A stretch of 64,000 nucleotides of DNA from a virus (Duplodnaviria; Heunggongvirae; Uroviricota; Caudoviricetes): the IMG/VR virus record IMGVR_UViG_3300001336_000001, positions 170,836 through 234,835 of that record; one strand, written 5' to 3'. How positions within the stretch are numbered: position 1 is the stretch's first letter; the number at the start of each line of letters is the position of its first letter. Both the position numbers and the translations under genes were made by a program. The notes under the pieces are model-generated. The model made no database searches. It worked only from the letters and a program-made list of their open reading frames with translations, and was not told the origin of the DNA. Below are positions 30,991-40,000 of this stretch, piece after piece.

Positions 30991-31704
30991 TTATAATCCG
31001 AAACGAGATTTTGTTGCGTTATAATTTTGTAGAACTTCTGCTGAGGAAATGGCTCGGTTATATATTTTAATTATGGCAATGTTTCCATCAAAATAATAAC
31101 TATTAGGATATGTTCTTCCAATTTGAAAAAAACAAGAAGAAATCGTGTCACTTGGTTGGTAAATACCTGTTGTTTTTTCTTCAGATAACTCACCATTTAA
31201 GTAAATTCTATTAAAATCCGTTCCTTGCCAATTAGCGACTATATGGTACCATGTATTAATAGATAAATTTGAAGTTTTTACTCCATCATTTTGTGTGGCA
31301 TTTGTTCCATTTGATGTAGATAACATAATTGAATCAGAGCCACTTAATTCAAATAACACATAATGTAAATTATTCCATGATGCCCCATCACCTTTCATTA
31401 CAATAGTATTATCATATGAACCACCTAAACTATCTAATTTAACCCAAGCTTCAATTGTTCCACCTAAGTTTAATATTAAATCATTACTAATAGGTACACT
31501 TATATGGTCATCTACATTATCAAATGTAATACTACCATAATTACCATTATCAAATGCTGGGCCATTAGTTAATGTGCCACTATTTCCATTTTTACTTAAA
31601 TCTTTCCAACTTGTGCCACTGCCTGGGTAGGATTTTGGATTTGCTGCGTCTAAATGCAACACTAAATCATTAGTCAATGCTATTGGTCCTCCGTAGCTTC
31701 CCAT
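30991..31704 (-). CDS. LamG/concanavalin A-like lectin-domain virion protein
   Basis: LHLDAAN..TIEAWVK..WYHIVA..IYLNG..FDGNIAIIKIYNRAIS..EVLQNYNA. Confidence 0.8.
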   Translation of the reverse strand: MGSYGGPIALTNDLVLHLDAANPKSYPGSGTSWKDLSKNGNSGTLTNGPAFDNGNYGSITFDNVDDHISVPISNDLILNLGGTIEAWVKLDSLGGSYDNTIVMKGDGASWNNLHYVLFELSGSDSIMLSTSNGTNATQNDGVKTSNLSINTWYHIVANWQGTDFNRIYLNGELSEEKTTGIYQPSDTISSCFFQIGRTYPNSYYFDGNIAIIKIYNRAISSAEVLQNYNATKSRFGL

Positions 31705-31705
31705 A

Positions 31706-31960
31706 TTAAATATTGTTTAAATCCTGCTCAGACCACTCACTTGTTTCGAGTATAGTTAATATTTCTTCTGAAGTATATGGGCCTTCTTTTGTTATTAAGC
31801 TATTTATTGAAGTAGGTATTGTGCTTCCAATCCACTTAACTATCGTTTTAGTGTTATCTAAAGATTTTCTTAAAGTTTCTTCTGAATATTCCATTACTTG
31901 TGAAAAATCTATATTGTCAACCTCTGACATATTAAAAATCATATATTTTCTATTATTCAT
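31706..31960 (-). CDS. small hypothetical protein in the lectin cluster, 84 aa
   Basis: ORF track; tight packing with neighbours. Confidence 0.7.
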   Translation of the reverse strand: MNNRKYMIFNMSEVDNIDFSQVMEYSEETLRKSLDNTKTIVKWIGSTIPTSINSLITKEGPYTSEEILTILETSEWSEQDLNNI

Positions 31961-31981
31961 TTTTTATATTTTTATATAAAT

Positions 31982-33349
31982 TTATAAACCAAATCTTGAT
32001 TTTGTTGCGTTATAGTTTTTAAGTATTTCTTCATCAGTCAACGCTGTGTTATAAACTTGGCAGGAAAAAATATCTCCTATAAAAGGATTAGTATATCCGT
32101 CTCCTATTATAATATCTGAAGAGCCATTTGCTGTAGAAACATACCCTCCAGCATTTTGAGTGCTAATTAGCTGTCCATTTTTATACCATTTACATGCATT
32201 TGTAGACTGGTCTCTTGTCACTGATATAAACGCCAACTCATCTATGCCAACTGTAAATGTAGAACCTCTACCCACATATGGTGTACTATTACCTCCATTT
32301 GTCCCAAAATAATAATTTATAGTTCCATTAGTTTCGTGTGTTAAAGTACCACTTCCTCCATAGGCTTGATTATAAGGGTTTCTTCTCAAACTATTTGCTC
32401 CAGTTCCTGGTTTTAACCACATACAGATTGTCTGAGCGCTAGAAAAGTCCATGGAACTTGCATCAAATGGTATTCGAATAGAATCATTTGCACCATCAAA
32501 TTTTAAACTACCTTTATTTTCTAATTCAAAAGTGGGGCCATTTATAAAATTTCCGTTATTTCCATTATTAGACAAATCGAAGGAAATGTCAGTTCTATTA
32601 TTTAATAAATCATCAAGACTAGGTTCACTACCATCTACTATATCTAATCTGGGATATACAGAATGATGTATTACCATATCTGTCACAGTAGCATTAGGTT
32701 GGTAAACAGCTAGAGTTCTACTTCTAGCTGTAGTTGTTTCAGCTCTCCATACATAATCAGCCCTTGAAATATTTGATATTTTACCGCTGTTTATCGTATA
32801 TAATCCACTATCAACATGATTACTTCCAGTGCCACTACCTTCTGGCCATACATGACCTACTACTAAAACCCACTCATTAAGCGGTAGCTGTGAACTAGTT
32901 GGTACAGCACTAGAAAACGTAAAATATGGATTTGTTTCATTATTTCCAGTATCTCTGTTCAAAACTCCATTAGTAGAACCATATCCATTTAACCCAGCAT
33001 AATATCTAGCAAAAGTTGCATCACCATTACTTACTCTACGTTCCCACCAGCTCATTCTGTACATTTTTGTATTATCAATAGATATTGGTGTCATATATAT
33101 ACCTCCACCTTTCGTAGAGCCTGCCACATTATAAGACTCCCATACAACGACCTGATTACCCCAAGGGTCATCTGAAATTAAACGCCTATTTCGGGTGCTA
33201 AAAGCCCCAAATGAGCCTATACCACCAGTTTGACCATTCTCCCATATAGTATAATTATATATTCGGTCTCTAAATTTAATAGATTTTGTATTAGCGGCAT
33301 CAAAATAAAATACTAGCCCATTTTTTATGTTATCTGGTCCTGTTATCAT
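31982..33349 (-). CDS. LamG/concanavalin A-like protein with an extra inserted beta-rich domain
   Basis: FDAAN N-terminus and YNTALTDEEILKNYNATKSRFGL C-terminus; ~230-aa insert. Confidence 0.78.
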   Translation of the reverse strand: MITGPDNIKNGLVFYFDAANTKSIKFRDRIYNYTIWENGQTGGIGSFGAFSTRNRRLISDDPWGNQVVVWESYNVAGSTKGGGIYMTPISIDNTKMYRMSWWERRVSNGDATFARYYAGLNGYGSTNGVLNRDTGNNETNPYFTFSSAVPTSSQLPLNEWVLVVGHVWPEGSGTGSNHVDSGLYTINSGKISNISRADYVWRAETTTARSRTLAVYQPNATVTDMVIHHSVYPRLDIVDGSEPSLDDLLNNRTDISFDLSNNGNNGNFINGPTFELENKGSLKFDGANDSIRIPFDASSMDFSSAQTICMWLKPGTGANSLRRNPYNQAYGGSGTLTHETNGTINYYFGTNGGNSTPYVGRGSTFTVGIDELAFISVTRDQSTNACKWYKNGQLISTQNAGGYVSTANGSSDIIIGDGYTNPFIGDIFSCQVYNTALTDEEILKNYNATKSRFGL

Positions 33350-34041
33350 AATCCAAATCTTGATTTTGTTGTGTTATAATTTTGTAGAACTTCTTCAGCA
33401 GTCAATGCTCTTTCATATATCATTGCATTAGACACTTTGCCATCTAAATACCTAGTACCACCTATTGTAACATTCCCTGTTCTAACACGTATTGGAGATG
33501 AAGCAAAAAGAGTTGTGCTAAATAATACACCATTAATATATAGTGTTAACCTACCACCATCGTATGTTCCTGTAAAATTTGTCCATAAACCATCATATGT
33601 AGCAGCAACAGCAGCGGACACTACTATTTGTCGTCTAACATTAGAATCATTTACGATTTCCAAAAAAATTCTACCTTCATATGTTATACTAATAAAATAA
33701 GAAGCATTTGACCCACCAAAACTAACACCCTTTGTTATTATATCTGAAAATACACCACGATTATAAAGTGGAATATTTACCCATGTCGATAATGTAATAC
33801 CAGCTGTTATATTTAAAGAGTCTGGATTTCCTAAAGTAACATAGTCATCTACACCATCAAACGAAATAACACCTTTTGATTCCGAATCTAAAGTAGGTCC
33901 ATTTGTAAGAACTCCATTATTATTATAGTCTGTTAAATCGAACCACACAGTTCCACTTCCTGGGTAGGATTTTGGATTTGCTGCATCTAAATATAGTGCT
34001 AAATCATCTGTAATTATTTTTGGCCCTCTATAAAATCCCAT
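33346..34041 (-). CDS. LamG/concanavalin A-like lectin-domain virion protein
   Basis: LYLDAANPKSYPGSG..GTYDG..LYINGV..IYERALTAEEVLQNYN. Confidence 0.8.
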   Translation of the reverse strand: MGFYRGPKIITDDLALYLDAANPKSYPGSGTVWFDLTDYNNNGVLTNGPTLDSESKGVISFDGVDDYVTLGNPDSLNITAGITLSTWVNIPLYNRGVFSDIITKGVSFGGSNASYFISITYEGRIFLEIVNDSNVRRQIVVSAAVAATYDGLWTNFTGTYDGGRLTLYINGVLFSTTLFASSPIRVRTGNVTIGGTRYLDGKVSNAMIYERALTAEEVLQNYNTTKSRFGL

Positions 34042-34043
34042 AA

Positions 34044-37000
34044 TTAAATAATTCTAACGCCTGTTTTAATTGTCCAAGTACCTCCACCTGCGACAATATC
34101 TCCTAGTAACCTAACATCACCTGAAGAAATATCAACACTAAATGAAACATTAGATGTAGAACTGCCTAAATCCGCAGTAGAAGTATCTGTGAACTCAACA
34201 TTTGTACCATCCCAAACAGCTATAACAGTACCTGCTCGAAGTGTAGTTCCGCTCATTACATAATAATCAAAATAAGCAGCTTGACCTAACGTAGAATCAA
34301 AAGTGGTACACACATTTGTTCCAGCCACTAACCCAATATTAATTGACGTATTCATCAATAGTGAACCATCAATTTGAACTCTATCATCAGAATTAACTGT
34401 TAAAATAGGGATACCAGATATGTCATTAACTGAGAATATATCTCCTATTAAATTGTCATCAACTGAGAATAATTGACCTGATGAACCAACAACATTAAAC
34501 AAAGTAGCCCCTGATGTTGTACCACTAATTTCTACATCTCCGTGAACATCTAGCTTTGCATCTGGACTTGTTGTCCCAATACCAACATTAGTACCGTTAT
34601 TAAATATATTTGATGAGTTCAAGACCCAAGAAGAACCATTCCAAAATGGTGTATTACCTGCTACTAAACCTGGTGATAAAAAGCCTGAAGTTCCCGATGA
34701 ACCGCTCGTCCCATCAACACCCGATGTTCCAGAAGAACCGCTTGCTCCTGAAGAGCCAGAGGTTCCATCAACACCACTCGTTCCTGAAGAGCCACTTGTT
34801 CCTGAAGAGCCACTTGTTCCATCAACACCCGATGTTCCAGAAGAACCGCTTGCTCCTGAAGAGCCAGAGGTCCCAGAAGAACCACTCGTTCCAGACGTAC
34901 CATTAACACCAGATGTTCCACCTGAACCACCTGTTCCATTTGTACCATCAATACCTGAAGTGCCACCTGTTCCATTTGTACCATTTATACCCGAAGTTCC
35001 ATCAACTCCTGAAGTTCCACCACTACCTGATGTTCCTGATGTTCCACCACTACCAGAAGTTCCTGAAGAGCCTGATGTACCATTAATTCCCGATATTCCT
35101 GATGTACCATTAACACCTGAAGTTCCGTTTATACCACTCGTACCATTAACACCAGAGGTACCACCACTACCAGAAGTACCCGATGTACCATTTATGCCTG
35201 ATGTACCTGAAGTTCCGTTTATACCACTAGTTCCAGAACTACCACTAGTCCCAGAACTACCTGAGGTACCACCACTTCCTGATGTTCCACTAGTTCCACT
35301 TGTACCTCCACTTCCCGAAGTCCCTGAAGAACCTGAAGAGCCTCCTGAACCACTTGTACCTGATGTACCACCACTACCTGATGTACCTGAAGTTCCATTT
35401 ACGCCAGATGTACCTCCACTACCAGATGTACCCCCGCTTCCTGATGAACCACTAGTCCCACTTATACCATCAATACCTGATGTACCTGAAGAACCACCAC
35501 TACCCGAAGAACCTGAAGTTCCCGAAGTACCACCAATTCCATTTGTGCCATCTATTCCTGATGTCCCACCACTACCTGAAGTTCCTGAAGTACCTCCTGA
35601 ACCACTTGTTCCAGATGTTCCACCTGAACCACTAGTACCTGATGTACCAGATGTACCATCTATTCCAGACGTACCTCCGCTACCTGATGTGCCTGAAGTA
35701 CCATTTATACCTGATGTACCGCCAGAACCCCCTGTTCCAGAAGTTCCCCCACTTCCTGAAGTGCCTGATGTCCCATCTATACCTGAAGAACCACCACTGC
35801 CTGAAGTACCCGAAGTACCTGATGTACCACTACTACCCGAACTACCCCCTACACCACTAGTACCACCGCTACCTGAAGTCCCAGACGTACCACCTGTTCC
35901 GTTTGTTCCATCTATACCTGACGTACCACCGCTACCTGAAGTACCATTAACACCCGATGTCCCTCCACTACCTGAAGTACCACTATTTCCTGAAGTTCCT
36001 GAAGTACCGCCAGAACCAGAAGTTCCGTTAACACCAGATGTACCGTTGATTCCAGATGTTCCGCCAGAGCCGCTTGTTCCTCTAGTCCCAGAAGTACCAC
36101 CACTACCCGATGTTCCTGACGTACCATTAACACCAGATGTACCATTAACCCCCGAAGTACCATTAACTCCGCTTGTACCACCAGAGCCACTTGTTCCAGA
36201 TGTTCCAGAAGTTCCGTTAACTCCAGAAGTTCCATTTACACCACTACTACCAGATGTGCCTGATGTACCACCAGAGCCAGATGTTCCTGAAGTACCCCCA
36301 CTTCCTGACGTTCCATTAACACCAGATGTACCTCCAGAGCCAGAAGTACCTGAAGTCCCCCCACTTCCAGAAGTGCCTGATGTACCTCCTGAACCACTTG
36401 TTCCAGACGAACCTCCACTGCCAGAAGTCCCACTTGTACCATTTACCCCTGAAGTTCCACCACTTCCTGATGTACCACTTGAACCACTTGTTCCACTTGT
36501 ACCACCACTACCCGAAGTGCCAGATGAACCTGATGTTCCACTAGAACCTGATGTTCCACTAGAACCTGATGTTCCACCACTACCAGAAGTTCCATCTATT
36601 CCCGAAGTACCATCAACACCTGAAGTGCCCGAAGTTCCATTTACACCAGATGTGCCTCCACTTCCTGATGTTCCTGATGTACCATTAATTCCTGATGTAC
36701 CATTAATTCCTGATGTACCACCACTTCCCGAAGTTCCATCAATACCCGAAGTTCCACTAGTACCCCCGCTACCAGATGTTCCATTTATACCTGATGTACC
36801 ACCAGTTCCGTTTGCGCCATCTATTCCTGATGTACCTGAAGAACCACCACTACCCGAAGAACCTGATGTACCGCCTGTTCCGTTTGTTCCATCAACTCCA
36901 GAAGTTCCAGAAGAACCATCAACACCACTCGTTCCTGAAGAACCGCTTGTTCCTGAAGAACCAGAAGTTCCATCTATACCTGATGTTCCCGAAGAACCTG

Positions 37001-40000
37001 AAGAGCCGTCTGAACCACTTGTACCTGATGTACCACCAGTTCCATTTGTACCATCTATGCCTGATGTACCGCCTGTTCCGTTTGTTCCGTCAATACCTGA
37101 TGTACCGCCTGTTCCATTTGTTCCATCTATTCCTGAAGTACCATTTAACCCATTTGTTCCATCAATTCCTGAACTACCACTTGTACCTGAAGTTCCGTTA
37201 ACACCACTAGTCCCATCTATTCCTGATGTACCGCTACTTCCTGAAGTTCCATCAATACCCGAAGTCCCATCAATACCCGAAGAACCACTACTTCCTGATG
37301 TTCCTGATGTACCACTAGTTCCATTCGTACCGTCTATTGCTGATGTTCCTGATGTACCACTTGCACCACTACTACCAGACGAACCACCTGTTCCATTAGT
37401 TCCATTAACACCTGATGTACCACCACTTCCCGAAGTCCCCGATGTCCCATCAGTCCCGTTTGTTCCATCAATACCCGAACTACCACCAGTTCCGTTGGTA
37501 CCATCTATACCTGAAGTTCCTGAAGAACCCCCCGTTCCATTTGTTCCATCAATACCCGATGAACCACTAGTACCGTCTATACCACTTGTACCATCTATTC
37601 CTGAAGTTCCACTACTACCACCAGTACCATTTGTCCCATTAACACCTGATGTTCCTGAAGAACCACCCGTACCACTAGTTCCATTATTTCCTGAACTACC
37701 ACTTGTACCTGAAGTTCCTGATGTACCACTTGAACCACTTGTACCCGAAGTCCCGTTAACACCACTAGTTCCTGATGAACCTGATGTGCCACCAGTCCCG
37801 TTTGTCCCGTCTATTCCCGATGTACCTCCACTACCTGAAGTACCTGATGTTCCACCAGTACCACTTGTACCATCTATTCCTGATGTACCTGAAGAACCAC
37901 CACTACCCGAAGAACCTGATGTACCGCCTGTTCCGTTTGTTCCATTTATACCTGATGTTCCAGAAGTTCCTGAAGAACCATCAACTCCAGAAGTTCCTGA
38001 AGAACCATCTATACCTGATGTTCCCGAAGACCCACTTGTCCCCGAACTACCTGAAGTTCCATCAACACCACTCGTTCCTGAAGAGCCGCTTGTTCCAGAA
38101 GAACCGCTTGTTCCATCTATACCTGATGTTCCAGAAGAACCACTTGTGCCTGAAGTTCCTCCACTACCTGAAGTACCTGATGTCCCATCTATACCTGATG
38201 TACCACCACTGCCTGAAGTACCCGAACTACCCCCTAAACCACTAGTACCACCGCTACCTGAAGTCCCAGACGTACCACCTGTTCCGTTTGTTCCATTTAT
38301 ACCTGACGTACCACCGCTACCTGATGTGCCTGAAGTACCATTTATACCTGATGCACCATTTATACCTGAAGTACCACTTGTGCCTCCACTTCCAGATGTA
38401 CCATTAACTCCAGAGGTACCGCCTGAACCACTTGTACCTGAAGAACCACCACTACCTGAAGTTCCTGATGTACCATTAACACCACTTGTACCATTAACAC
38501 CACTTGTACCATTAACACCTGACGTACCTGAACTACCACCACTACCCGAAGTGCCAGATGAACCTGATGTTCCACTAGAACCTGAAGAGCCGCCTGAACC
38601 ACTTGTACCTGATGTTCCACCACTACCAGAAGTTCCATTTACACCTGATGTACCACCACTACCAGAAGTTCCATTTACACCTGATGTACCACCACTACCT
38701 GATGTTCCTGATGTACCACTACTACCTGATGTTCCCGAAGTTCCAGAAGAACCACTACTACCTCCAGTGCCACTTGTCCCATCTACACCACTAGTACCAC
38801 CGCTACCCGAAGTCCCAGAAGTCCCCCCAGAACCACTTGTTCCTCCACTACCTGATGTACCACTAGAACCTGAAGAACCTCCTGTACCACTTGTGCCATC
38901 AATACCTGATGTACCTGAAGAGCCAGAAGTTCCACCACTTCCAGATGTGCCAGAAGTACCACTACTACCACTTGTACCATTAACACCTGATGTTCCTGAA
39001 GAACCTCCAGTTCCATCTACACCTGATGTACCCCCTGAACCACTTGTTCCTGAAGTCCCTGAAGAACCACTTGTCCCTGATGAACCGCTAGAGCCAGATG
39101 TCCCACTAGAACCACCACTACCAGAAGCGCCTGATGTGCCTCCACTACCTGATGTACCACCTGAACCACTTGTACCTGATGAACCACTACTCCCTGAAGT
39201 TCCTGATGTACCACCACTACCCGAAGTTCCGCTAGTACCATTAACACCCGATGTACCACCCGAACCACTAGTCCCACTTGAGCCACCACTTCCTGAAGTC
39301 CCTCCAGAGCCAGATGTCCCACTAGAACCTCCTGAACCACTTGTGCCTGAAGTTCCTGATGAACCTGAAGAACCACCGCTACCTGAAGTACCATTAACAC
39401 CAGATGTTCCACCTGAACCGCTTGTTCCAGACGTACCATTAACACCAGATGTACCATTAATACCTGAAGTACCATTAACACCAGATGTTCCACCACTTCC
39501 TGATGTTCCATTAATTCCTGATGTACCACTTGTGCCTCCACTTCCAGATGTACCATTAACACCAGATGTACCATTAATACCTGAAGTACCATTAACACCA
39601 GATGTTCCTGATGTACCATTAACACCACTTGTACCATTAACACCTGACGTACCTGAACTACCACCACTACCCGAAGTGCCAGAAGAACCACTACTACCAC
39701 CAGTTCCATTTGTACCATCTATGCCTGATGTTCCACCACTACCACTTGTTCCATCAATACCAGATGTACCACCTGTTCCGTTTGTTCCTGAAGAACCCGA
39801 TGTTCCAGACGAACCAGATGTACCTCCTGTTCCGTTTGTTCCATCAACACCTGATGTACCTCCACTACCAGAAGTGCCTGATGAACCAGAAGAACCTGAT
39901 GTACCCGAAGTACCACCAGAGCCAGAAGTGCCTGATGTACCTCCACTTCCAGATGTACCTCCAGAACCACTTGTGCCTGAAGTTCCTCCACTACCTGAAG

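Noticed and set aside
30991-34041. Diversity-generating retroelement acting on the LamG genes
   Set aside because: No reverse transcriptase in the window, and paralogue differences are not adenine-specific
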